From Malacoraja senta (Eukaryota), in contig CM075990.1 of the NCBI GenBank assembly GCA_038087875.1, forward strand, positions 16,432,001 through 16,496,000: a stretch of 64,000 nt of DNA, in the 5' to 3' direction. Positions 11,087 to 25,277 of the stretch are shown piece after piece. Both the position numbers and the translations under genes were made by a program. Position 1 is the stretch's first letter. Every line of letters begins with the position of its first letter. The notes under the pieces were generated by a model. It saw only the letters and a program-made list of their open reading frames with translations. It made no database searches and was not told where the DNA came from.

Positions 11087-12123
11087 TAGGTATGTTACAA
11101 TACTTACCTTCAGCGGCGCTGCAATTCTGCCACTGGCCGTGTGCGCGATTTTGGCGCCTTTGAGGGGGGGGGCGGGGTTAAAACGCGGGTTTTTCCTACC
11201 TTGTCCTGAATTATATTTCGTTGGAGTGCAAGCTTTTGCTGAAGAATCGTTCCGACGGGCGTTTTGTGTATTTTTTATTTTTATTCGCCCGACAATTTCA
11301 GCGCTGGAATTATTTTAAAATCAGCTTCTAAAGCCGTCAACGGCAACAACGGGGACGGATTTCACGCACGGGACAGGTAAACGAAAGCAGTTTATTTTAT
11401 GTATAAAAGTGCTTCTTAAAGAGGCCTTTAATTCACATTTTAATTTGCGAAACGTTGATTTTTGTCCCCGAACGAACCGGCAGTATTTTTCATGCCGATA
11501 CGGGGTTAAATTCACCGCAAATGTAACGTTCCAATTGATCGCGTTCCAGAAAAACCCACTCGCAAGATGATTTAATGCCCATTAATTTACAGGTATTAAA
11601 CATTCAATTCCGTCCATTTGGCCTATAAATCCATGACAATGAGATTTAAAAATTATGTTATATTGTGAATTCTTGTGTGAATGTTATTTGGACACTTAGG
11701 CTATTTAAAAATGTTAATCTATTCTTAAGAAATTGATAGATGTTTAGATCTAGTAATTGAATTTTGTAATTAGCTACAATTAGGTAACTAACTAATTATA
11801 TGCTTTAATTTCATGTCATCTAAGTAAGATTGTTTCATATTTGTTTCAGAATGCTTCAATCTATAATAACTGAAAGTTTCTTTCAGTTCTCTTAATTTTT
11901 AAGAAAGTTATGGGCTTTTGACTGTCCTTGATCACAGCTTTTGTGTTAAGTCAATGGAAAAGCAATAGGGAACAAGATGCTAATTTCCGAGTATGAAAAT
12001 GGCCATAACTTTTTTAATACTGAAGATATGACAGTGGTGTCAAATTAAACATCTATTTATGCTTTATCTGATGGGATAAATTACAGACTTGATTTTTAAA
12101 ATCTCAAAATTGTAACATTGCTA
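11087..12123. mobile_element. Non-autonomous DNA transposon (~1.04 kb) with TIRs and TSD
   Basis: Ends TAGGTATGTTACAA ... TTGTAACATTGCTA (12/14 inverted match), flanked by direct repeat (A)GAATAAG at 11079-11086 and 12123-12130; no transposase ORF. Confidence 0.8.
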
Positions 12124-12570
12124 GAATAAGGAAGCTCGAAGGTAGTCATTCCAGAGATGTCTTATAGACGTTTTCTCTAATTCTGAGATCGTCCAATGTC
12201 ATTTTATGTTTCACTGCTTAAGATATGATTCAGCACACTAATCCACATTGCTCATAATGACCCAGACTGTATTGAAACTCATGTTATCTTACAGTCTCAT
12301 ATAATTAACAAAACTGATCAGCATAAAATATCAGCAACTGGGTTTAGGAAGGTTCAGTTACAACTTAATAGCTTAAATGTCAATAAGGATACTGTAAGGT
12401 GCCTCATTACATGGGTTTTCCCCAATATAAGTGAATTCTTCAGGTTTGTGTGAAACTAATTAATACAGCATTATATCAACACATCCCTCAAGTTACCTGA
12501 AATTTCTCAATTACAAATTCATTCAAGGAAATAGACTTTATTTACTCAGGATATCAACAACAAGTCTTAC

Positions 12571-12768
12571 CTTATGTACACTCTTTGGATTTTCAAGCCA
12601 GGCATAATACATTTCCTCAAGATAATTTGAATTACTTCCACTCAGGAAAGGTTCTGAAGTTCCAGGCATGCTGTAAAACCTATGCTGAAATACAGCTGCA
12701 TTATTCTGCGCAAATCTTTTGATAATCTGCGGTTTAAATTTTGCAACAAAAGTCGTCAGGCGAATCAT
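12571..12768 (-). CDS. OGDHL: 2-oxoglutarate dehydrogenase E1-like, first coding exon (mitochondrial transit peptide and N-terminal motif)
   Basis: [19 protein letters not shown]...[28 protein letters not shown] (66 codons); acceptor ttgatttattttag| at 12782; donor AAG|GTAAGA at 12570. The paralogue call rests on adjacency to PARG in the same orientation, as at human 10q11.23. Confidence 0.88.
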
Positions 12769-14699
12769 GATTAATTTCCTCCTAAAATAAATCAAAAGGT
12801 TTATAATTATAAAATTAACTTTAAATCTCACTCATTCAATAACAAGCTTACTTCTCCCCACCATGTTGTTTTCTATTCCATCCTCATAATTAATGGTAAT
12901 AAAGTCAGCAAAGGTTAGTGTTGGACATCTCATTTTTCTTCCAGTTATGGTATCACTCATACTTCTATGCACAGGAATGTGCAATGTTGGGGGCATTCAG
13001 AACGACAAGCTGAGATATGTAACCAATATGAATCTTCAATGCACAATATGAATTAACAATGAATTACAGCTTCCAGAGTGAAAATAGACCCAAACTTTTA
13101 TTTCCCTGGAGCCTGCAATCAATTTGCCTATTAATTCCAGATTACATAGGGCCTATTCACTCATAACAAACTTAATCTGTATTTGGATATTGATTCACTT
13201 GTGAGAACATTACCCAGTTTAGCACATGTGCAGTTGTGCATAAGAGGAAGCAGGTCATTTCACATTTTGAATATGAACAGCATAATTTCAAAAATACCGT
13301 TACACAATTTTCAATTGATTTATTTATGTTTATTTTGGTGGGAGAAAGAATAAACCTACATTATATGTTGTGTGCATCTGAAATCAGGAATGCCAACTTG
13401 AATTTTGCAGTGACTTCAAGGCAATGTTTGGTGCAAACAACACTTTAGCAGTTAATATGGTGTTTAAAAAATCCTGTGCTCCATGTAATGCATGTGTTGA
13501 GGTTTATTTGGGGAGTAATTAATTTAGACCACAAATCCATAAAGAGATCCTTTAACAAAATAAACAGGCACAAAAACCGTATCTAATAAGATCCATTCAA
13601 GGTAACTTTTATAACAAAGCACTTCACCATTGAGTTAGCAAAGAAAAAAACAAACACTGCGCCAGCTGAAGAAATATTGGAAATAAACACAAACTGCTTG
13701 AGTAACTCAGTGGGACAGGCAGCATCTCCGGAGAGAAGGAATGGGTGATGTTTTGGGTCGAGACCGTTCTTCAGAAATATTGGAGCAGATGACCCAAAAC
13801 AATCAAATAATTAGATTTTAAGTATCCTAAAGGAAAAGATAGGAGGTGTCAATGGTGGAACAATTACAATTAGAGATGAGCAAGATTAGAAGTGGGCACC
13901 ACAGAAGGTTGTAGATCATTGATAAAGGGAAGGAGATAAGCAACAGACATTGGAGGTGGTTACAGCATCTTGGTAGTTTGTTCATCACTGATACAGGGGA
14001 AAGGATGAGAACACAGAATTGGAGCTACACCATTTTTGGAAGGATGTAGACCACAAATATCAGTAAATGTTTGAGTAATGAATAGAATTAAAGGAAGACA
14101 ATATCCTGGAAAGTTATAGACCACACATTCCAGTAAAAGGAAAAGCAACAGATAGAATTGGAGGTAGACAAAAATGCTGGAGCAACTCAGCTGGGGTGGG
14201 GCAGCATCTATGGAGCGAAGGAAATAGGCAATGTTTCGAGCCGAAACTGGAGGGTTGCAAACCAAAGACGCAGAAAAAAGGATGAGTAATATATAAGATG
14301 CTGAAGAAGGATCCCAACCCAAACCATCGCCTGTGCTTGTTCTCCAGAAATGCTGCCTGACCAATGAGTCACTCCTACATTTTGGTCTATCTTAAGTAAC
14401 ACATAGATGTCACAAATATCTGGGATGGGTGGAGATGGGCTATAAAGGAAAGGGTGTAGTCGGGAAAGCACACAATAGTTTGCTTTTATAAATCTGAATG
14501 CGTCTGAAACCGAGTGGCCGAGCACAGGGGCGAGGGTTTTGGAGACCACTCGGGATGGGGGTAGCATCTGGGGGGATGGAGGTGATTGTATCTGATGGGA
14601 TAGAGAGGGACAGGGGGGGTGGGAATTGTGAATCAGGGATAGAGAGGGACAGAGGGAGCTGGGCGGGAGGTGCTTGTGTCTGGAGGATAGAGAGGGGCT

Positions 14700-15784
14700 G
14701 AGGGACCTATGTGGGGGTGGGGGTGGGGCACGAGGGGTAATAATGTCTAGGGGGTGTAGTGATGGTGTCTGGGGGGGATGAGGTTGGTGAGGTGGTATCT
14801 GGGGAGGTTGGGAAGGTGGTGTCTGAGGGGGGAGGATGAGGTTTGGGGGATGGGGTTTGGGGAGGGATGAGGTTGGTTGGGTGGGGTGAGGTTGGGGGGG
14901 GGGGTGGGGAGGTTTGGGGGGGGTAGGAGGATTGGGAGGTTTGGGGGGGGTAGGAGGATTGGGAGGTTTGGGGGGGGTAGGAGGATTGGGGGGGTGATGA
15001 GGTTGGGGGGGGATGAGGTTGGGGGGGGGTGAGGTTGGGGGTGGGATGAGGTTTGGGGGAGGGATGAGGTGGGGGGGGATGAGGTTTGGGGGGGGGATGA
15101 GGTTGGGGGGGTGATGGAGGTTGGGGGGGGGGGGATGAAGGTTGGGGGGGATGAGGTTTGGGGGGGGATGAGGTTTGGGGGAGGGATGAGGTTGGGGGGG
15201 ATGAGGTTTGGGGGGGGATGAGGTTTGGGGGGGGATGAGGTTTGGGGGGGGGATGAGGTTTGGGGGGGATGAGGTTGGGGGGATGAGGTTTGGGGGGATG
15301 AGGTTTGGGGGGGGGGATGAGGTATGGGGGGGGGATGAGGTATGGGGGGGGATGAGATTTGGGTGGGGGGTGAGTTTTGGGGGGGGGGTGAGATATGGGG
15401 GTGAGGTATGGGGGGTGAGTTGGGGGGGGGGTGAAGTTGGGGGGGAATGAGATTTCGGTGGGGGGTGTGATTGGGGGGGGGTATGAGGTTTGGGGGGGGG
15501 GATGGGGTGGGTGGGGGGTGAGGTTGGGTGGGGGGATGAGGTTGGGTGGGGGGGAGGTTGGGTGGGGGGGATGAGGTTGGGTGGGGGGGATGAGGTTGGG
15601 TGGGGGGGGAGAGGTTTGGGGGGGGGGGGATGAGGTTGGGTGGGGGGGGGGGATGAGGTTGGGTGGGGGGGGGGGGATGAGGTTGGTGGGGGGGGGATGG
15701 GGTTGGGTGGGGGGGGATGAGGTTGGGTGGGGGGGGGGGTGGGTTGGGTTGGGGGGGGGGGAGGTGGTTGGTGTGTGGGGGTGG
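14700..15784. repeat. G-rich low-complexity tandem array (GGGGGGATGAGGTT-like)
   Basis: Dozens of degenerate G-run/ATGAGGTT units running into an assembly gap. Confidence 0.9.
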
Positions 15785-15984
15785 NNNNNNNNNNNNNNNN
15801 NNNNNNNNNNNNNNNNNNNNNNNNNNNNNNNNNNNNNNNNNNNNNNNNNNNNNNNNNNNNNNNNNNNNNNNNNNNNNNNNNNNNNNNNNNNNNNNNNNNN
15901 NNNNNNNNNNNNNNNNNNNNNNNNNNNNNNNNNNNNNNNNNNNNNNNNNNNNNNNNNNNNNNNNNNNNNNNNNNNNNNNNNNNN
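15785..15984. other. Assembly gap (200 N)
   Basis: Run of N. Confidence 1.
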
Positions 15985-16029
15985 TCTGTTGTCCTCCCCG
16001 TCACGTGACGTTCCAACCGCCGGTCTGGT

Positions 16030-16740
16030 CACGTGGTCTCCCCGCCCCCACACCAGGTACACAGGTGAGTCTCTCTCCCCCCCCCACACACCTTACAGGT
16101 GGGTCTCTCTTACACCCACCCCCTCCAGGTACACAGGTGGGACTATCTTACCCCACCCCACACACACACACACACCCCCACACCAGGTACACAGGTGTCT
16201 CTCTTCCTCCCCCTCCCCCCTCCCCCTCCTCCCCCCCCCTCCCCCTCCTCCCCCCCCCCTCCCCCTCCTCCTCCTCCCCTCCTCCTCCTCCTCCCCTCCT
16301 CCTCCCCTCACCACCACCACCAGGTACACAGGTGTCTCTCTTCCCCCCCCTCCTCCTCCCCTCACCACCACCAGGTATACAGGTGGGTCTCTCTTTCCCC
16401 TTCCTCCCCACCACCAGGTATACAGGTGGGTCTCTCTTACACCCACCCCCTCCAGGTACACAGGTGGGACTATCTTACCCCACACACCCCACACCCACGG
16501 TACACAGGTGGGTCTCTCTCTCTTCTCTCCCCCCCCCCCCCACCAGGTATATAGGTGGGTCTCTCTTACCCCAACCCCTCCAGGTACACAGGTGGGACTT
16601 TCTTCCTGCCCCCACACACACCATGACGGGTATTCATGTGGGTCTCTCTTCCCCCCCGCACCAGGTACACAGGTGGGTCTCTCTCTCCCCCCCCTTACCA
16701 CAACAGGTATACATGTGGGTCTCTCTTCCCCCCCCCACCC
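16030..16740. repeat. C-rich tandem array with recurring CCAGGTACACAGGTGGGTCTCTCT unit
   Basis: More than 10 copies of the unit separated by C/CA/CCT-rich spacers. Confidence 0.9.
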
Positions 16741-19639
16741 CTAATGTACATTGTATAATAATGCACTGGAATATATTTGTACTGCTAGACCTTGTGCTAG
16801 ATGGTTTGGAATCCCAGATCCCAGATCATAAAGATGGGGCAATGACTTCTGATGTATCTGGAGCACTCGGGAACACTCGCTAAGGAGGTTCCAAAAATCG
16901 AGCAACCGGTTAGAGTCTTAGAGTCAAAGATGCGGTGTGGAAACAGGCCATTCGGCCCAACTTGCCCAACCGACCAACATGTCCCAGCTACACAAGTCCC
17001 ACCTGCCAGCATTTGGTCCATATCCCTTCAAACCTGTCCTATCGATGTACCTGTCTAACTGCTTCTTATATGCTGGGACAATCCCTGCCTCAACTACCTC
17101 TTCTGGCAGTTTGTTTTTTAATTAAAGCAATTTTTCTTAATTCTATGCATGTTCAGCACCAGGAAATATATGCTGCTAAAGGTGGTGCCTTATTCAATAC
17201 TTCACAGCAATGCCTGCGGATATCAAGTTCTGACTGGATATTTACATTGGTATCTTTTTCTGTAGAATCAAACAAAAACACTGCGTAGTATGGATATGGT
17301 AGCATAGTGATTAAGTAACTGAACAAATAACTTGGAGGCCTGAGTTCAAATTCCTTTATGGCATCAATTAAATACAAATGGAATGTGTGAAAGCTAGTAT
17401 CAGTAATGGTAACCAACAATTATTGGGAGAAATTGCAGATGCTGGTTTAAACTGAAGACAGACAAAGGAAGCTGGAGTAACTCAGCGGTTCAGGCAGCAT
17501 CGCTGGAGAAAAGGAATAGGTGATGTTTCAGATCAAGACCAAAGATCACAGCTCTGCTCTATGATCTTTGGTCAAGACCCTTCTTCTGACAGAGAGTTAG
17601 CTTTGTGCATATCTTCCATTCATTTGTCCTGAGTACTGTCTATATCTCTCTTTCCCCTTTCAGACTGTTAGTCTGAAGAAGGGTCTCCACCCGAAACGTC
17701 ACCTATTCCTTTTCTCCAGAGATGCTGCCTAACCTGCCGAGTTACTCTGTGTCTGTCTTTTGTTTTCTAGTAACCAAGCTTCTTTGTGAAAGGCCATCTT
17801 GTTTATTAATGTCCTTCAACTTCCCTGCAAGGAAGGAAATCTGCTCTCCTTATGCAGTCTGCTCTATATTTGCATCAAAACCCACCAATGTGGTTGAATC
17901 TCAGCTGCCCTAGGATATAGACTATTGATCCCAGTTCAGGGGCAATTGGAGATGGCTAATAAATACTGACCTTGCTGGTGATGTCCCAATGAATAAACTG
18001 CCAAGGACAAACATAAATCCTCATCCACTTTTCTTACTCGGATTGCAAATGGACTTATACAGATATAAATTCATGACACAATCTAATGAATTGGCATTCT
18101 GCCTTAAGGAAAATAAATCCATTATTTATCTTTGAAAATACAGCTCTATTATCTTGTAATTTGTCGAGTAAATAAAATGTATATTAGTTGCAATTAGATT
18201 TACTTCTGACTGTAGAGATTGTATCTCACACACCAGCTCTCTCTGAAGCATATTACAATTATACATTTTGCAATGTTTAATTTATTTTTTGCTTTTTCCA
18301 CTATTATGACACTTTCTTGAACACTTAAACCTGTCTGTTCAATCAAAAACTAAGCCTTATTTGGAGAAAATAATTGTCTGTCCCTTTCCTCCTTTTCTCA
18401 ATGCAAGTGGAATATTAAGTCTTCCAGATCTGAACTGTATTTGCTGTTAATTCACTAATTGATTCAAAAATGAGCCTAAATGTGTTCTCCACCAGCCTGG
18501 GATGTCCTGTGGGATTAAGTTTTTGAAGTTCTGACACAAATGGCTACATAATTGCTCAATGAGCAACAATAGGGGAAAAGAACTGCCAAGAAATTAGACT
18601 GGATTTAAGGAAAAATTGAGGTTGCAAAATTCAGTGAAACTGCCAATTAGAGTCTGTCAGCTGTCAACTGCAATGAACTCAGGAGCTGCTTGTTATACAC
18701 CAGACTAAAGCCAATCTGCCTGGTACTAAACTGAGGAACAATTAAGGTCCATGTGTGTTTGATAAATGCAGAAGCCTCCAATTCTCCAGTCTCCTTTTTT
18801 GTGCAAAAGTGGCAGCTTGTGGGAAATGTTCAATTTCTTGTAACATTACCAGCCTTTCATGCAAAGTATTAAAATTCAAAAACCTACCAATCTCTTATCT
18901 CCTTTGAATATATATATTTTTTTAAACCTACTGGGATGGAGAATTAAATGAAATGTAGAATTTTTCCCTCGTCTCGCTCCCTAATTTGAGACTACAACTC
19001 TTGGTTTTAATTTCGTCATTTGGAAGGAACATTTCCACAGTCTATCCCATTAAGGCCATTCCCATAGGATCACCTCTCATTTTTCTAAAATCCTGGGAAT
19101 TTAGGCCAAGTCTACTTGAACTCTCCACGAAGGACCGTCCCCTCAACCCAAAGTGGGCCTTTCTTATTGTTCTACATAAGCAAGTTCAATCTCCCTTGGG
19201 TGAGGTGACCAAGAGTGCACACATAACTCTGGGTGTGAGTAATACACAAAGTGCTGGAGTCACTCCGTGGGTCAGGCGGCATCTGGAGAGAATAGATGGG
19301 CAACATTTTGGATTGGGATACTTCAGAATCTGCGTGTGAACTCATTAGGGACAAAGCTCTAAAAGTATTACTTTCATCCAATATGCCAACACTTTTGTAA
19401 TTAAGGTTAATATCTTTTGACATAGAAGTGGAGGTTATTATGGTAAAATTATTTAATTCCATTCATAACTCCTTAGAAAATGAAACAGACCATGCCTGAA
19501 TGCACTAAGCCTTGCAGAAACAGGTCCGCCCACTCTCCATATTCATGCTGACCATCAAATACTCATCGGTACTAATCATACTGAATAAGGTCTGTGGCCA
19601 TCCATGCCTTACATCTTGGGCTGATATGTGGAAAGTAAA

Positions 19640-20380
19640 TATTAATCATAATCATAATCATACTTTATTAGCCAAATGTGTTTTGCAACATACAAGGGAT
19701 TTGATTTGATTTGCCATAGTCATACCAATAAAAAGTAACAAGACACACAAAATACATTTTAACATAAACATCCCCCACAGTGACTCCTCCACATTCCTCA
19801 CTGTGATGGAAGGTGGAAGAAAAATTCAATCTCTTCCCTTCTTTGTTCTCCTGCGGTCGAGGGCCTTGAGCCTTCTGTTGACGGGGCAATTTTGGCTCCC
19901 ATAGCCGGCGGTCGAGCTCTCCGCATCGAGCGATCAAGCTCCCCCGTGCCGGACGATCGGACCCCAGGTCAGGGCTGGTCGAACCTCCTGCGAATTTGGA
20001 GCTTAAGGACATCAGTCTCTACCCGAGACTGCGAGCTCCTCGATGGTGAAGTCCGCAGGCCGCAGTTGGAGCGTCAATCCCAGGCAAGGGATCGCAGGCT
20101 CCGATGGTAAGTCCACGGCCCTGTGGTGGGGCTCGTGGTCAGTCTCGAGCAGGGCTGCCAGCTCCATGATGTTAGCCCGCAGAGTGACTGGAGATATGAT
20201 CCGGAAAACAATCGCATCTCCGGCAAGGTAAGAGATTGAAAAAAAGTTTCCCCCAACCCCCTCTCCCACCCCCCACATAAAACAAACCAGAGAACATTAA
20301 CACAAACTTTTTAAAAACACACTAAAAATAACAAAAAAAAGGCAGACTGCCATTGGCGAGGCTGCCATCGCTTATGGCGC
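19640..20380 (-). mobile_element. Non-coding GC-rich retroelement (family also at 20425-21272, 32360-33203, 58975-59720)
   Basis: Shared head (GGCAGCCTCGCC...AGTCTG), T-rich tract, GC-rich interior, and a 3' end with AATAAA-like signal and short tandem tail. Confidence 0.6.
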
Positions 20381-20424
20381 CACCCACAGAAATGCCAGAC
20401 AATGATCACCTTCAATAAAGTCTA

Positions 20425-21272
20425 GGGGCGCTGCATGATGGCAGCCTCTGCCTACAGTCTGTTGTCTTTCTATCTTTTTATTTTTAGTTTGTTTAAAGTA
20501 TGTTTTGGAGGATTTTTGTTTGTATTTTATGTGGGGGAGGGGGGTTGGGTAAAGGGGAAACCGTTTTCCAGTCACTTCCTGGCGAGGATGCGACTATTCT
20601 CCGAGTCGCGTCCTCGCCCCCCTTCCTCGCGGCCTACCAACTGCATTGGCGCGGCCTTTCCTGCTGGGGACCAGACCAGAGCTTCAGCAGCAGCGGCGCA
20701 GCGCTGGCTACATCGCGGAACGGGCGATGCCTTACCTGGGATCGCCGTTTGAAGCTTCGAAGTGTTGGGCCTGCTGCTTCAACATCGGAGTTGTGGTTTG
20801 CAGAGCTCCCAGCGCGGGCGGCGCTGACCAACATCGCGGAGTCCTGGGACCCTTTGCCAATGGCTACCAGCGTTGAATCCCTGCCCAGCTCAGCCTGAGG
20901 ACTTCGGGATCCGCGGACTCCAGTAGGAAGTGGCCAATTCAGAGGTCCAAGCCGCTGAGGATGTTCTTCCGTTCCGACGACGGAGTTCCATCATCCCGGC
21001 GAGAGGGTCTTAACATCGGGCCGCCCGTAGCGGCGACTGCGGGGGGCTCGGGAGGCCCCGACCACGGGTGAACATCAAAGAGGAGGTTGACTGAACTTTG
21101 GTGCCTTCCCTCACAGTGGGAAACTTTGATGCTGCTGTGTAGGGATGTTTATGTTATAGACTATCGTGTTCTGTGTTCTTATTTTTTTTAATTCGTATGG
21201 CTGTATGGTGAAAAGCATTTCGTTGTCCTCTGCACAATGACAGTAAAGTTGAATCTAATCTAATCTAATCTA
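20425..21272 (+). mobile_element. Non-coding GC-rich retroelement, head-to-head with the preceding copy
   Basis: Same head as 19640-20380; ends atgacagtaaa...(AATCT)n. Confidence 0.6.
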
Positions 21273-24200
21273 AAAGGGAATCTTATCACCTACACTGACG
21301 TTCAATGATTCTACCTTCATAGGGTTCCCCGCTATCAGAGTCACCTTCAACCAGAAACCCAACTGGACTGCCACATTAATATTGTGCCATTAATACTGAA
21401 ACAACCAGATGTGGATACTCTACAGCAGAAGACTTCCCACCATCCACAAGACATAACTTGGGAGCATGAAGGGATACTTTCCATTTTCTTGGATGAACGT
21501 AGCTCCACCGACAGATAAGAATCAGGAGACCTTCCATGATAAAGCAGCCATTTGACTACCCCATCTGCCATCTTGTACATTCACTTCCTCCATTACCGAT
21601 GCACCATTACAGCGTATACCATCAACAAGTTACAATGGAGTTACTTGTTTCACTCTAACAACTTCCAAATCAGTAACTTCTATCCCTATAAGGACAAGTG
21701 AACAAGACATATGGACACAATTCTTGAAACCATACACCATCCTGAAGTGTAACTATATCACTATTCTCTCATTGTTGCTGGATCTATATCCTGGAACTCC
21801 CCACCTAACATAGTTGAACGCCTACAGTAGAAGGGCTAAAATCAGACTCGCAAGGGCAATTGAAGGTTGGTCAATAAATACTAGTCTTGTCAGTGACGTC
21901 CTTAGTGTGAGAAATGAATTCCAAGAAAAAGTGCTTGCTGTGACTGCTGATTAACTTTCTGTGATTCATATGCGAGGAACAAGCAGATCACTGCATACCA
22001 AATATTTCCCAGTCTCTCAACTAGTTAAAACTATTCTGTTCTTCTGATTTGTTCTCCAAAGTGAAACCTCTCCACATTCCTGCCCACTCATTTTATATTT
22101 CCTACTTCCATGTACATTTTCATTGTATTTTAATTTCCCGCCAGACTTATATTCTCAACATGCTTCATTATATTTCTTCTCTCTCTCCCCTCATCCGAGT
22201 CATTGTTATGCACAGCATTAGTTGAGGCCCACCGATCTATATGGTGCCCCCCATCCTGGATACAACCTGCATAACACATACAACACAAGTCCATTCTTGT
22301 GCAAAAAAAAAAGTCCTGCAGATGCTGGAAATCTGAAATAAAAGAACAGAAAATGCTGTGGATTCTCATTACACAAGATGGCATCTCTGCAGAGAGAATT
22401 ACAATTAACACTTCAGATCAATGACCATTCATCAGAGCTGACCATCATTCCTGATCAAGGGTCAATGTCCTGAAATATTAACACTTTTTTTCTTCCACAG
22501 ATATTGTCCAATCTCTTAAGTATCCTTAGCTCGTTCTGATTATTCCCATGCTGCATTTTCAGTCTGTTTACACGTCACACTCCACATTAACAGGTTAATG
22601 GACCCTAAGTCATAGGAGCAGAATTATGCCATTCGGCCCATTGAGTCTGTTCTGCCATGGCTGATCTATTCTTAATCCCTTGAGCTCCAATCATATGTAT
22701 TAATTTCTTATGTGACAATTTATTAAATGTTATTCTGTTCTATGTGAAACCCTAATAAGTACAGTCATCAGACACAAATAACACATTTATTCCTAAACAA
22801 AAAAAACTGCAGATGCTTGAAAGCTGAAATAAAAGCAGAAAACGCTGAGGATACTCAGCAGGCAAGGCAGCATCTGTGTGGAGAGAAACTGAGTTAATTT
22901 TCCAGGCCAGTGGCTTGAGAGCCATTTGTTTCTCCTTTATCAATCTTGTTGGTTTTATCCTAAAAAAAACACTAATACACTGCAAATATTAATTTGGGAA
23001 GAGATTCTACCAATTTGGCCTTTGTGTAATTCCCAACTGTAGCTATGGAATTGGCTCTGAAATGTTCAATTAATGCCATCTGGAGATAGTCAATGAATGT
23101 TTATCTTGACACTAAAGGTAAAAGATTTCAGTAAACAGAATTTGCTTTTAACAATCCCTGAATCTACTCATTGCTGTCTCAAAGTATAATGTCTTATACC
23201 AAACGTGTAGGAAGGAACTGCAGATGCAGTCTGAAGAAGGGTCTTGATCTGAAACATCACCCATTCCTTCTATCCAGAGATGCTGCCTGTCCCGCTGAGT
23301 TACTCCAGCAATTTGTGTCTATCTTCCTTATACCAAAGTCATTTTTACATACCTGTATTCCAAATTATTTTAGTTACTGTGGTCCTGATAGCTGATTCCA
23401 ACATTTCCCCCACTATCAGTCAGTGACTGGCCAATTGATCCATATTTTCTCCCTATTCTTTCTTGATTAGTAAGTTTTTTGGCTCATACTTTACAATCCA
23501 CAAGTATAATTTTAATATCAAAGGAATTCCTTGAAGTCAAAACTAATACATCCACCATCCCTGTTGCCACCTCTAAGATCTTTGAAATTTGTTGACTTTC
23601 CGTCCCATTAATTTCTCAACTGCTGCTCTTTATCAATGCTAAATGCTCTTAATTCTCCATTTCCATAAGATCCTGCATTCTCCAAAACCTTTTTTATTAA
23701 TCTTTGATCTCAAAGATTACAATGTTTTGTTTTAATATAGAGGTACTGTATATCTATCATTTCCTTGCTTATTTATAGTAATTTCTTATGTCTCTGAGAG
23801 AACCCAAATTGTTTCCTTTTTACATGGAGACTTTGTCCCTTTGTAGTTTATTTCTATAGCTCTTTCTTCTTCACCAATTTCTTCTTCATCCTTGACCGAA
23901 TTCTAATCCCCAGTCTTACCACTGTCTCTTGTGATAACATGGTCACAGATGTTGCTGGATTTTGCCAACAAGTTTGGAACATCACCTCGTGCATATCTAA
24001 ACACAAGCCCCAAACATACCCACAGATTCCTGCGGGCTAATTTGGCGCTGCTGCCTGGCACTAGACTCCACATCAGCAACAGAGCATGAACTTGCTGGAG
24101 TTCCCAGCAATTACACCGAGGAACCTACTTGCTCATCCTCCACCTTGCTAGATTTGGCATAGGATTGTGAGCCTATTGATCTGAATAGAAACCTTTGCAG

Positions 24201-24407
24201 TTGTGAGGAAGAGAGTAAACTAAAGTTAGTTACATTTTTTTCAACCATTAATGTTTTCATTAATTTAAAATTGCATTTAGGTATTTTAAGCGATTATTTA
24301 CAAATAATAGCGTTGAAATTGTTTACTTCTTTTAAAAAAATACAGCAATAGCAGGATGTGTGTAACAGACGGCAAGGCTGGAGTATTCCTTTACCATCTG
24401 TTTCAGC

Positions 24408-24650
24408 CATTTAGGACTGAGATGAGGAGAAACTTTTTCATCCAGAGAGTTGTGAATCTGTGGAGTTCTCTGCCACAGAAGGCAGTGGAGGCCAGTTCAC
24501 TGGATGTTTTCAAGAGAGAGTTAGATTTAGCTCTTAGGGCTAACGGAATCAAGGGATATGGGAAAAAGCAGGAACGGGGTACTGATTTTGGATGATCAGC
24601 CGTGATCATATTGAATGGCCTACTCCTGCACCTATTTTTCTATGTTTCTA
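24408..24650 (+). mobile_element. CR1 LINE 3' end
   Basis: FRTEMRRNFFIQRVVNLWSSLPQKAVEA...FKRELD and CR1-type 3' UTR. Confidence 0.85.
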
Positions 24651-24677
24651 TATTTACATTGCCCAGGCAGTTTGATG

Positions 24678-25277
24678 GCCTCTACTTCCTGAGAAGATTA
24701 CAGAGAGTCAGTATGTCAAGGAGGACTCTCTCGAACTTTTACAGGTGCACAGTAGGGAGCATACTGACTGGCTGCATCATGGCCTGGTACGGCAATTTGA
24801 ACGTCCAGGAGCAGAAAAGAATGCAGAAAGTTGTGACCACTGCCCAGTCCATCACCGGCTCTGACCTCCCCACCATCGAAGGGATCTATCGCAGTCGCTG
24901 CCTCAAAAAGCCTGCCAACATCATCAAAGACACACACCATCCTGGCCACACACTCATCTCTCCGTTGCCATCGGGAAGAAGGTACAGGAGCCTGAAATCT
25001 GTAACATCCAGGATCAGGAATAGCTACTTCCCCACAGCCATCAGGCTATTAAACACAACATCAAATAAGCTCTGAACAATAACAGTCTATTATTACTATT
25101 GCACTTTATCTGTTCATTTATTGTGTATATATATGGTCTATGGTCCATAGACACACTGAACGTTTATCTCCCGTTCTGTATTATGTTTACATATTCTGTT
25201 GCGCTGCAGCAAGTGAGAATTTCATTGTCCTATCTGGGACACATGACAATAAAACTCTCTTGACTCTTGACTTGACT
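24678..25277 (+). mobile_element. Rex1/Babar-type LINE 3' fragment
   Basis: LYFLRRL...FYRCTVGSILTGCI...PSGRRYRSL...YFPTAIRLLN; tail (CTTGA)n. Confidence 0.85.

Noticed and set aside
16030..16740. Repeat-spacer appearance resembling a CRISPR array
   Set aside because: Eukaryotic context, low-complexity spacers of irregular length, no cas genes.
14208..16883. Long Pro/Gly-rich ORFs (387-602 aa)
   Set aside because: Artefacts of low-complexity arrays and an N gap.
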